64,000 bases of DNA from contig CM114271.1 of NCBI GenBank assembly GCA_050084515.1, positions 8,184,001 to 8,248,000 on the forward strand. The letters are read 5' to 3'. The notes under the pieces are model-generated. The model was not told the DNA's origin. It searched no databases and worked only from the letters and a program-made list of their open reading frames with translations. Shown one piece after another: positions 11,134 through 23,138 of this stretch. Both the position numbers and the translations under genes were made by a program. The stretch comes from Blasia pusilla (Eukaryota). Position 1 is the stretch's first letter, and each line of letters begins with the position of its first letter.

Positions 11134-12395
11134 TGTGATAACCCACTCTAGTGAGAATTTTGTATTTTGGATGTTTTTTGTACATAAATAGGTAAAAGTC
11201 TTTAGGAGGGAAGATTGAAGATTTTGTAGAAGATTGTAAATATGAATAGAGGAAGAGAAATAGTTGGAAGAGTACTTGATAAGGCTATTTAGTGAAACTC
11301 CATTGAGAAGACAAGGAAATTGGAAGATCAAGGAAGTGTCTTGGATGAGTGAAAATGATTGTAAAGACTGTCAAGCAAGACTGTAAAGACTTCTTCTTTG
11401 CAGCCAAAGTTCCAAAGGAGTCTTCGTGTGAAGACTGTAAACAAAGATCGAAGAGCGAAGACCAAAGAACGAAGAACGAAGATCAAAGAGTCTTCACGAA
11501 GATACGACTGCGAAGAGTGCGAAGATTGTGAAGACCGAACGGTCACAGCGGTTTCGCAAGCCGAAATGGAGCGGCACAGCAGTTTAAAAAGAAGCGAAAA
11601 TGACTGGCCAGGGAAACCAACTATCTTAGGAAGATGGAGGGTTGCAGAATTTGAATCGAGGAGGTTAGGATTATCAGCCAGAAATCTAGAGTAGAATCGG
11701 AAGATCAATCAGGAATTGTAAGAGGCTATTTAAAGAATAAATTAGAAGAAGAAGGGATTCCCCAGTACTGTTGGTTAGCATCAATTCCTTGTATCTTGAG
11801 TTTACCATTAGTCTTGGTGGGTTGTGTAAGGATTTCTTTGGGGATGATCCAAGGTGAAGAGTCTTTTACTTTCTGAAGCTTGTAATACTTTCTAGTTCTT
11901 TCCACTCTTTGATGCAGAAGAAGAGTCTTCTCTTATGCTTTTCTGATGTGCAAAGTTGAGTGTAAAATCTTATTGGGTTGCAGTAAAGATGAGAGTTGAG
12001 TCTTGTGATTTTGGAATTCCAGAAAATAATCAAGAAGAGCGTAGGAAAGCTATTAGACAGTGAGTAACCTGTCGTGACAGATTCAGTTCTGAAAGTAGGA
12101 TTAGCTGCCATTCTTGAGATCTCTTTGAGATCTTTGTTGGAGCTTTGTTATTCCATATTCAAAAGAGTCTTTGTGTGTACTTGAGAAGAGTCTTTTCCAA
12201 GAGGGAAAAAAACCTTTTATTCTTTTGTACTTGTAAAGAGTGTAGTTGTAGTTAGTCAATAAAGTCAGTGAAGAAGGAGTTATTCTTGTTATTTCTTATA
12301 AAACTTCTCTTTACTCAGGAAACAATGGTCTCTTGGGAACGAACTTAATACTTTTCGATTAAAGGAGTATCTTTTTCCTTGAGTTTTACATTACA
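11134..12395 (+). mobile_element. Solo LTR, family A (~1.26 kb)
   Basis: TGTGATA...ATTACA termini. Absent from copy 1. Homologous to 14701-17200. TSD not clean (GAAAG/GAATT). Confidence 0.7.
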
Positions 12396-13585
12396 GAATT
12401 TATTTGTATTGCACACAACGTCAGACAATCTCACCTACCAACCAACATCTTGTCATATAATTTATGTTAGGAGAATAACGGTCACTATTCACTACAAATT
12501 AAATATTCTCATTCTTACTCTCATTCTTATTTTCATTCTCCTACTGGTGGAATCATCTCCAAATGGATAATTATGTGAAATTCACATGTAGCAATCATCT
12601 AGCGGCCCTTCCTCAAGTAGAAATAATTTGACCGCAAGCTCGTGAGTCTTACATACAAGTGCATGAAAATTTCCTCTCACTCTGATTTCTTCTCCAAATT
12701 GGAAAAATCTTTGTTTCCAAGGAAGTTAGGATGGACGGTACGGAGGATGTTGTAGGTGAAACAGTCTAGCAAATGATTGGAGACTCTAAAGTATGGAATC
12801 TCCTACCTTACACAAATGGACAATACAGAGTTTATGGCTTGCCTCTGAAGCATTTTGTTTCCCAAGTGGATGGTCTGCAATTTCCTAGTGCATTGAGCAC
12901 GACATTTGCCACTCCTACATGTGTAGATCCAGCATCGACTCCAACTTCACATGTTCTTGACAATGTTATACTTCTTGAAGAGATTTCGGATGTCCTCGAC
13001 CTCACGGGATCTGTTGGACACCAACCGGAGCCTGCCTCTGCCTACTCATTCTTGTTGCGTGTTTCGAGCAATAGTTTGTTGTCATCTCTTCCCTTTAAAA
13101 TCTTCAAGCACATTCTTGTCGATGAGTTGCCCCCCACGTATGATGGTAATTGCATTTTTGAGTTGCCTCCACTTGCTGGTCCTGCTCAAAAGAAAGGTGG
13201 AGGACGCTTGAAGGGTATGGACAAAAAGTCTGACTGTCATCAATGGTGTAGGCTACAACGAACTAGTGCTTCAATTCCAGGTGGTCCTTGGATTTTTTCT
13301 CGTCGCCAATGCGTTGGAGCCTGGGGTGTAGAAGTCCTGGTTGTTCGTTTCTAGAGCGCAATGGGCGAGTCCATACATCGCAATCCCCCCCAAAGAATGC
13401 AAAAACTCCATATGAGGTTGGTGCTACCATACCGCCAGGAGGCCATCGATGTCCTCATTGTCAAGCATCCCCTTTCTTTGTTAGAGCGTGTCCAACAAAC
13501 ATACTTTTCATTGTGTGCGACTACAATTTTACATTCGAGTACACCAGGCTAGCAGTTCATGTTGGTTCCCACACTCATCTTGTTA

Positions 13586-14007
13586 TGTGAGAAAACAGAA
13601 AGTGACTAAATCACTGAAATCTTTACAAAAACTTAGAGATACAAAGTGGCCTAGTCCGTCCGTGCGCTCACAGAAGAGCTTTGATGGAACCTGAACTGGG
13701 AGATAACTCGACATACGAGAATGCGCTACCGCTGCGGCTCCCAACTATTTGACTACTCGGGAAAACTAGGATTTTTACCTATTTTTCTTCGTTTCTATTA
13801 ATAGAAAAATTTTGCATCAGGGTGCCCCGCACCCTGATGCAATATAGGGTTAGATAAACCTAGTAACGCTACTCCGTAAACCACCTACGTCATATTACTA
13901 TGACTCCTTCGACCTCTAAGTCGGAACCATCGATCTAGGCTTCTCCTCATACAAGGGGGCCGATCAAATCAATGGTGCTCAGAGGAGTGGATGTTGAGAA
14001 TCCAATA
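13586..14007. mobile_element. Solo LTR, family B (422 bp)
   Basis: Exact 5-bp TSD TGTTA (13581-13585 and 14008-14012). TG...TA termini. Removing it restores colinearity with copy 1. Confidence 0.8.
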
Positions 14008-14700
14008 TGTTACCAGTGCAATTAAGAGACACATCAAGGAGGATGTGGCAAAGAAAGTGGCTAAGGTATGTAGAAATTCTCTGAGATCAAAGCCTGGGTG
14101 ATCAAATTGACAACAACATCACAAATTTGTGAACAATTTCTTGGAATCCCTGGCTAGGGCGATAACACGGTTGTTGAGGAGAAACAACTATGGGAAAATC
14201 TGGCATTTCTTGCTGATCCTGAATGCTTCAGGAACTTGATGCGTCAAATACGAGTACTTGATGGAAAGACGGCCGAAATGGATGCCTTCGCCAAGATCAA
14301 GGCTAACTCCAGATTGCCATTTATTCAAAGATGGTAGTTCATGGGCCAGGGAGGCGAGGGATCTAGAGCTTATGTCTTCAAAATATCTATGATAGGGTCA
14401 AATGAGGGAAAGAGAAGATCTTTACGGCCACCGGGTAAGTTTTGATATTTGGTGTACGGCACTGAATGGATGGTTAACCATGGGTGCTCACGTTTACGAC
14501 CATATGGAGAAGGGACTCAAAACCATATTTGTCGGTGAGGTAAAAGCATAAGACGTTGGCAGTTTGAAGATGTGTTGGTTACTCTTATTGGAGGTGGTGA
14601 AGGAAAAAAAAGGCCACCTCCTGAAATTTATGGGTTTATGCCAAAAAATGCACAATCGGGATGGATTGCTATCATGGAAGTGTTCTAAGGTGGAAGAGTT

Positions 14701-17200
14701 TGTGGTGCCCGCATTTTTGAAATTTTGGTAGAAAGATTTTTTTTGTACAGAATTGTAGTAAAGTCCTCATCGATTGAAGACTAAGGGCTCAAGATTGGAA
14801 GTAAAGAGGTATACTTTACAGAAATTGTGGAAGCATGGAATGGAAGATCTTTGTTGAAAGGACAAGAGAGAGTGAGAAATTGAGGACCGTCTTGGAGGAG
14901 TGAGAAGGATGTAAGAATACGAAAGAAGAATGAAAGAAGAAGTAAGAGTACGAGGCGCGGGTGCTTCGTAGCGAAGACCACAGTACGGAAAGATAGTGAA
15001 AGACTGTTAAGCAAAGATGGTAAAGGACATCTTCTTTGCAACAAAAGTTCTAAGGGAGTCTTTGCGTGAAGACTATGAACAAAGAACAAAGACCGAAGAC
15101 CAAAGAGCAAAGACTAAGAAAGCAAAGAAGCAGAAGAAAGAAGAAGAAGGAATCAGAGAGTCTTCACAAAGCATAAAGATGTATGAAGAATAGGAATAGA
15201 AGAGAAATAAGGTTTTGAAGAAAGTGGATGGAAGTGAAGTCACGAGGAGGAATTCTTCGCGGTGGCAAAAGAAGTAATATAGTGCTTCACGAAGATATGA
15301 TACGAGTGCTTTGCGAAGATATGATAGGAGTGCTTTGCGTTCAGCGAAGACTGTAGATAGTGGACCGTCGTAAAAGTTAGAAATGTAAGGACACCGTGGT
15401 TCAGATGGAAGCGGAAGGGAATCAACAGAGAAATCAACCAAATCAAGGGAAAGGAAGGGTTGAAAGATCTGAACCGTGGGATTGACAGTTAGAAATCTAG
15501 AAGGAAGTAGAAAGAGCAGCCAAAAATTGTAAAGAGACTATTTAAAGGATAAAGCAAAAGAGCACGGGGTCATTCCCTTGTGTCTTGAGTTATTAGTACT
15601 TTTGTTGATTGTGTGAAGAATTTCTTTGGGGATGATCCGAGCCGAAGAGTCTTGTTCCCTATGAAGCTTGTAATACTATCTAGTTTCCTCCACTCTTCGA
15701 TGCAGGAAAAAGTGTCCTCATTCATTCTTTCTGATGTGCTTCACTAACTCCAGTAACTAAATCTTCACTAAGATAAAAGAACAAAATGATTTTCTTTCCT
15801 CTTGGAAAAGACTCTTCTGAAGTGCATATGAAGACTCTTGCGAATTTGCAATAACAAAGCTCCGCGAAGACCTCAAAGAGACCTCAAGAATGGCGGCTCA
15901 CCCTACTTTCAAAACTAAATCTGTCATGGTAGGTTACTCATTGTCTAACAGCTTTCCTACGCGTCTTCCTGATTATCTTCTAGAATTCTGAAACTACAAG
16001 ACTCAACTCTCATCTCTACTGCAGCCCAATAAGATCCACATTCAATTCCGCACCTCAGAAAGAATGAGAGAAGATTCTTCTTCTACATCAAAGAGTGGAA
16101 AGAACTAGAAAAGTATTACAAGCTTTAGAAAGTAGAAGACTCTTCAGCTTGGATCATCCCTCAACCAAGCTTCCTACATACTCACCGAGACTGCTGGTAA
16201 ACTCAAGATACACGGAACAGTATTGAGGAATTCAAGACACAAGGGAATGATTCCTTCTTCTACTAATTTGCTCTTTAAATAGTCTTTTACAATCCTTGAT
16301 TGATCTTCCTATTCTAATCTAGATTTCAAACTGCTACTCCTAACCTACTCTATTCACATTCTCCAACCCTCCACCTTCCTAAGTCAGCTGGTTTAATTTC
16401 CCTAGCGTTTCATTTCCGCTCCCTTCTTAACCGCTGCGCTGCTCCATTTCCAGCTTTCAAAACTACCGCGATGATTCGGTCTTCACAGTCTTCGCAGTCC
16501 TATCTTCGCATTCTTATCTTTGCACGAAGACTCTTATCCTCTTGCCGCCGTGAAGAGTCCTCCTTTCTACTTTCTTCCATTCTATTGTCTTCAAAACATT
16601 TCCTATGTTTCTATCCCTATTCTTAATACACTTTTCCGCTTTCTAAAGACTCTTTGACTTCTTCTGCTTCTTCCTCTTCCTTCTTAGAGTTCTTAGTCTT
16701 TGCTCTTGGGTCTTTGCTCTTTGTTCTTTGTACTCGGTCTTTGCACAAAGACTATCTTCAGTCTTCTTTACAAAGAAGCTTTTTCTTAGTCTTTGTTGAC
16801 AGTCTTCACTGCCCTTCTTACTGCGGTCTTTTCTTACGAAGCACCCACGCTTCCTCTTCTACTTTCTTTTCCAATCTTTCACACAATTCTCACTCTTCCA
16901 AGACATTCCTTAATCTTCTAACATCTCTTGTCCTCTCATCAAAGTTCTTTTAGTCATTATTCAAACAATTTCGGTAAAGTAAGGCTCTTTACTTCCGATA
17001 TTGAGTCTTTCGTCCTTGCTCAATGAAGACTTCTAAACAAAACTTGATCTTTCTCTCAAAAATTCAAAAATGTGGGCACTACAAGTTATTCTTTATATTT
17101 TGTATAAAACCTCTCTTTTCTCAAGAAATAGTGATCTCTTGGGACGAACTTAATACTTTGCAATTAAGGGAGTACCTTTTTCCTTGAGTCGAATATTACA
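14701..17200 (+). mobile_element. Solo LTR family A with a nested inverted family-A LTR
   Basis: TGTGGTGCCC...ATATTACA termini; TSD GAGTT/AAGTT. Transposase sequence resumes at 17201. Confidence 0.8.
15740..17083 (-). mobile_element. Inverted, 3'-truncated family-A LTR
   Basis: 17083 reads TGTAGTGCCCACATTTTTG on the - strand, matching the LTR start. The body is the reverse complement of 11134-12270. Confidence 0.8.
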
Positions 17201-20200
17201 AAGTTCAACCAAAGAGGGGAAGGTCAAATGCTTTCCATTGGCAACAGTATGTGACTCTGTACACCAAATCTTGCATCAAGGAGAATAAGAGAACATAGCA
17301 TGTTGCTCTACTCCAACGTTGCAAGGATGAACAAAAGCTTGAAACATGCCATGGAGTGCCAAGAAGAACTTCATGGGTGGTGGAGGAAGCATGCGATTGA
17401 GAGCAAGTATAAAGAGTTGTGTTCCTGGCTCACTTGATGGACCCTATAAATGAGACAATGGGGAAACTTAATATGGCAGGTGAATTCACATTTTCTCCTT
17501 TCAAGCTCATGCTAAGAATTATTCGAAAAAAAATGTAATCCGTTTCGTTCTGAAAATGTGGTCTGAATCCCACATCGTTCTGAAAATGTGGTCGAAAAAA
17601 AATGTGGTCAGAATCCGACGAGTTGCACATGGATTTTCCAAGCCGGACTGGCCTCCTACTTGCAACGCGTCCAATTTTGACGAGTTGCAGTAGGAGGTTC
17701 TTGGGTGTTGCAACACATCAGAAACCGACGAGTTGCACATAGACATTCTTGGGATGCCTCCGACTTGCAACCCGTCGGGTTCTGACACGTTGCTATTTTC
17801 TTCGCTTACAGAGCTTTTTCCGTTCCTATCTCATATTTTTGTCTATGCAAGAATTGAACATTCATGAAAATGCCCTCTGCCCCAACAGAAGTGGAGCCAA
17901 GAGTGTTCATTCCTCATGGAGGTTGTCAAAAGCATGCCAAAAAATTTCACTCATGGAGGTATGCCAACAAGATCAGACAAGGGCAATGGTACAATTTACA
18001 ACATCCCATATCTTCCTCACAAAAGGCATAACCAAATGAAAGGGACCTTCCATTTACGAGCTCTATGTTAGGGCCGCTGTGAGATATGGTGATGAGATAT
18101 TATATATGGAAGCCTTCAATTGGTGCGTAGCCAAAACTTCCCTCGAGCAAGACGTCCACATTGGTGGGGACATTTGTGGGCGTGTTTCAAGACGTCCCAT
18201 ACAGATGGTGGTAGAGCAGTCTAAGCGAGACTCTTGGAGAAAAGATAAGTATCTTGACTTCAAGCATGTCAAGCGTCAACATCAAGGAACGAACCGGGTA
18301 ATTGATTTGGATGAAGAAATTACCCCGCCCAATTATTCGGAGACATCATATTGCTCCTAAATTCGAGTAGAAGTAACTTCTCCAAAATCATTGAATGTTT
18401 TATTTCAAAATCCCTCTGTTGCTGGAACTTCCCAACATCCAGTCTCAAGGGTAGTTTAACTGTATGGGATTCCGGTCATTGAGATGGATTGCAACCTTAA
18501 GAGGTGGCATATATCTCAAAGCAACCCAAGAGGTGGACCCACTTGTAGGATAGGATGCAATGGCATTAGAAGAGCATGTGGTAATGTACAAGGAATGGAT
18601 GACCACTCCTTGGCTTTTGGGGGCTCAAAACCTTTGATTGTTTTACCAGGACCAAGGATCAATTGAAGTACTTCTTTTGCCCAAATGAATGATGTGCTTT
18701 CTGAAAGTCTTATTTGGCTGCCCTTGGAGCTCCAGGAAATACCCCCACGATTTGGCCCATTGCTGCAGGTACCAATTGCACTCAAGAGGAAGTGAAAAAT
18801 CTTACAAGAGTCGGATTCTGACTTATAGACAGAGGGAGTTCGGAACATGTTTGCATTACAAAGACCTTTGCATTTCGGATCCAACCTAAGATTGATGTCA
18901 ACATGTATCCGGAGAAGGTGGATGATCTTAATCCACTATTTTTGTTCGAGTAAAGAAATGGGATTAAGAGAAATAGAATGTGTAGGCCAACGGTGGAGAG
19001 AGCAAAGCAAATCGCATCATCTCGTGAGGCAAATATGGAAATCATCGCCACAAAAGATGTTCATAGTGGCAATGGAATAGGAAGGATGTATTGGATCAAG
19101 AACAACACTATGAATTCAAGTGTCACAGGGGTGTATCTGGTACACATCGATCTGTTGCTTTCCCACATGTTCCTGTGATGACTTTGTCCAAAGAGAGACC
19201 AGTGGGAAAAGGTATTTCCCTTGTAAGCACATGTACTATGTGTTGCTTGTAGTTTTAAGAGAGTCAGAGGTAGGAGTAGGAATCCACCAACCAATTTTGT
19301 CCCTAAAACAAGTGCAAAGTATCCTAAACAAACCACTTTAAGGATGCAAAATGAGGTCTTAGATTGTACTTTGAAGTGCCAAAATGTTCACTATGAGCTT
19401 GAACTCTAATCAGCTATGGAAAAATGATGAATTTTTTTCAGACCTTGGATGGAAAAAGTGATTTGTACAACATTTTTTATTCCACTAATTTTTCAGTTTT
19501 TTTTATTTTGTGCAAGTTGCAACCCGTCGGATTCAGAGGGGTTGCTAGAACGTGGAAGAGAAAAAACCAATCTGTGCGAGTGACTAAGCACAGAGAACAA
19601 AATTGCAAAAATATTCATAGAAAAAACTTCCTCTCTTCAACCCAACGGAAACTCTCTTCAAATCACAAGAAGCTCTCTTCAAAAAATAAGTATCTCTTTG
19701 GGTTGAAGGTAGTTTCCTCTCTCCTCTCTTCCTCTCCTCTTACCGCGGCTCCAACCGATTGAGTTACATTCGCTATCAAATTAGAGATCTATGCAATTAC
19801 TAGAGAATAGGGAATGGATCCATGGGACCCACTCCTAAGTTCCACTTAATTATAATAACAAACCTCAAAAGAGGACAAAGAAAGGTATTAACATCTCAAA
19901 AGAGTAGGGGTCAAAAACTACATAATGGAATGCAAAAAGAAAATGGAACTAGCCAACACAAATACAAACTCAATAAGCTACACGATTGATAGCCTCAAAC
20001 AAATTTGACAAGAATTCTAGTGGTTGGTCAGACATGAACGGATGACAAGGCGATCCACCCCCACCACTTCCGCACGATATATCAATGCCAAAGCTTGTGC
20101 ACGTTTTAATGCCATTAAGATGCATTGCCCAAAATAAATAGTGACTACAGAGAGAGAAGGACTACATGAAGAGGCAAGGTGATGATTCTTCACGGAGTGG

Positions 20201-21196
20201 TGAGCACATGTTTTCAAGAAAGTATCAAAAGACACATGTAAATGACCGAATACTTCCACTGCAAAAGGAGTAAATCCATCGGTCTCATATCTCACAACAT
20301 AACTTAACTCCTTGATTCTTGGACCTACTTCGGCCATCAAACCTTTGGTATGTGCGGCTTGACACAACAAGTCAGAACATGTTGAATCAACAACCACCAT
20401 ATCACCTAGTGTCCAGAATCCACCTCGAGACATAATAAGATCAACTCTCTGGTGCGAGGTTGCTTGTGTAGTTGAAGGAAGGATATGGAGTTGTTCTTGC
20501 CCAACGGTGTACCTAGAAGTACGAGCTACTGATGCTACCGCCTCTCTAATGACATCATGTGAGGATGTTTGTTCTCCACCATATGCAGATCAGAGAATAT
20601 GGATATCCTTTGCATCAATGGGGTTCCTGCATATACAATTAAGCACACATAATAGAGAAGGATGGGGAACTCCAAGGCATAACAGCAAAGTTGTCAAGAA
20701 TATACTTCAAGGAAGACGAAATAGAAGAATAAGAGGATTTCCACTAAGCCATATAACTGTGCTTATACCCGCATATGAACGCAGACGAGCTTGATGAACG
20801 TTAGAGGTTGCCTAAGAGATAATGGTGGAAAAGTTGATTTGGTGCAAATTCTTGGAGGTATGATCTTGAAGTCGATCAAGCCCTTCCGTAATCAATTGAC
20901 TGAAAGCTTAAGGGGGTAGAAGTGCTTGTGTAGCAAGAGGAAGAAGAGCTCGGGCAGATCTTAGTTGTTGAAATAACACATCCCCCTCCTCTACATGAGC
21001 GACTTGATCCATCAAGATAGGTGTATCTCCTTGGAGAAACCTTGAATTCATAATCGGTACTACCAATGCCCAACTCCCCTGAAAAGCTACTAGAGCATAC
21101 GACTATGCATATGGAGGAAAGCCCCACCCTTCCAAAAGAAATAGGCAAGATAGCTCTATTGAAGATTGAGTTATAGTCAAGCTCATGAGACACTTG

Positions 21197-21460
21197 AACT
21201 GCTACATTTGGTACTCACACGAAGTAGGGAAGCTTAATCTTGGTTAGTCAGTTAAGCGCGATTATCTTAACTAGGGTTAGTTAATCATAGTTAGTCTAAC
21301 TTGAGACTATGGTTAAGGTTAGGGATAGGGTTTCTTGTACATACCCTATATAATTGAGAAGGGGACCAGCCTCCATTCATTCTCTCATCGCAAATTTCGT
21401 TCTCCATGATGGTGTGTGAGTGTGAGAGCCGTTTCCCACCAGTTATGCTTCTTTAGCAGT
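21197..21460. mobile_element. Short (~260 bp) insertion in the LINE (solo LTR/TRIM or MITE)
   Basis: Interrupts the LINE reading frame. Short inverted ends AACTGCTA...TAGCAGTT; internal TATATAA. No clear TSD. Confidence 0.4.
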
Positions 21461-22123
21461 TTTCCACAAGCTCGTCATGAAGCTAAGATACCATCCTCTC
21501 CCTCAAATATATTGAGGCCAAGAAGTTGACCAAAAGTTGCCAAGATAGAAGCCTCAAAAGAGGGCAACCAATATTAGAACGTTGAAGTGAGAGGACAAGT
21601 GCCAAGAAGGTAGGAGGGATGTCATAGAAAATATTGGGAGAGAATCCCATAAGCCACTTGGGGATCCCCTAGATGAGATTACAAATGAAGGAATTCTACA
21701 TCTTTCAAAAGGGCCTCATCCAAGAACTTGGAGACATAGTCGATGAAGCCAATTGGAACCCCAAGAACCCTAACCCCTTCAATGCAGATAGGAAAATCAA
21801 GAGTAGGCAGGGTGAATGTTGAGGGAAGGCATGAAGGAGACCACACCCGGTATTTACTAGGTTGGACTTTAAGGTTTAAGAAAGAGAGTTGCTCCAAAAA
21901 ATGGGTATCCGTAGGAACCACTTCAGAAGGATGACCTATAATATAAGTATCATTAGCAATAGAAGGGAAAAGACAAGATGGAAATGCTTGGGCTGATGCT
22001 CAAAGGACACAAAAATGTGCAATGGCAAAGAGTGGGCCACCCATGAGATCACCTTGACGCGTGCTATAAGATGATTGGAGAATACTATATTCTCCGGAAG
22101 TAGCATGATGAGAATAGATAATG

Positions 22124-23138
22124 TGTCGTGCGCCTACTCTCTTTGAACGTAAATCTTGTTTGTTGCGGAAGCGTCCGATCAATAGGTCACGCTCTCAACG
22201 CTGATCAGCATCCAAACACGCACTCTGGTTAGTCGCGTCTTGGATCAATCAGCGGGCTAACTTGCCGAGTTCTCGTCTCGGATTCTCATCAAGCTCAACC
22301 TTCCTAGTTTTGCGGTTTACAACACGGGCAAGTCTCGAAAGACTTGGGACAGACTTTATGGTTGGTTCAGGAACCTGAAACGGCGTTTCGTGCTTGGCGG
22401 TTCCAACTGTCCGATGGACATCCAATGAGTTCCTCACCAAGACTCGCACAAAGTGAATCTCGGGTTGGAATCCAAGTATGGCGTACAAAGTCCACTCCCT
22501 TGGATCAGGTTTGGGTTTCGAGTTCCAACGCAAAACTCCCGTTCCATCCCGTGCCTCTGAAACGCCGTTTGGCGCCGAAAGTGGGGATTCGTGTTCCGAG
22601 ACATCTCGGAGAAAATCCTCCCTTACTAGTACTTCTGGGAATCTCCGGGGGCCCCCTACATTTAGGGAAAGATACCCGGGCCTCTCCAATTGGCCCTCAA
22701 CCCAATTGCTCTCACAATCGTTTTGGGCCAATATCTCTTGTATTTATGTGTTTGCTGAGATCTTTGTGCGTTGGAAGCGTCTTGAGATAAGATTTCCAAC
22801 GCGCCCTTACTTGTCTGAACGCATCTTGGAGCTCAACGTTATGGTCCTAAACACAGTCAGATTCTCCCAAACGCTAGTCGTGTTCCAAACTCTTTGGCAA
22901 CCAACCTCCCAAGACTCAACTCATCTCAAGTCTTGGCTCACGTTTGGTCTAGGTTTCCTGGTCGCGACCGCTAACGCATGAAACGCACAACTCTATTCCG
23001 CGTTTCATCTCTTAGATTTTTCCAAGAGACCTTTCCAAACGTCTCTCCAAAGCGCAAACCACGTAGCGTGAGTTCACTTCAGTTCTGATGTTTTGCTTGG
23101 CGCCTATTTGGTGTTGTTTGGTTATGAGGGTCGCAACA
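22124..23138. mobile_element. Solo LTR, family C (1015 bp), inserted in the LINE RT
   Basis: TG...CA termini and exact TSD TAATG (22119-22123 and 23139-23143). Removing it rejoins RT ...YAYDTPI|IYSHH...RQGD. Confidence 0.85.

Larger units (their letters stand above)
12573..19341 (+). pseudogene. Second, decayed copy of the MULE transposase, interrupted by LTR insertions
   Basis: Same GCM-like, GFM and SWIM (CSCDDFVQRETSGKRYFPCKHMYY) motifs. Many premature stops. Intron ~17480-17850 contains palindromes. Confidence 0.85.
5552..19750. mobile_element. MULE-like DNA transposon copy 2 (accessory gene + palindrome array + transposase), with nested LTR insertions
   Basis: Homologous to copy 1 across the promoter, transposase and 3' region. 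Heavily decayed by C->T/G->A changes. Left boundary uncertain (5552-5746). Confidence 0.7.

Noticed and set aside
11328-11708. Lys/Glu/Arg-rich ORFs in LTR family A (also 14781-15446 and 16654-16953)
   Set aside because: Low-complexity GAAGA-rich LTR sequence; the frames are not conserved between copies.
22249-22981. 150-170 aa ORFs inside the 1015-bp insertion
   Set aside because: No gag/pol motifs; the region is bounded by TG..CA and a TSD, so it is a solo LTR.
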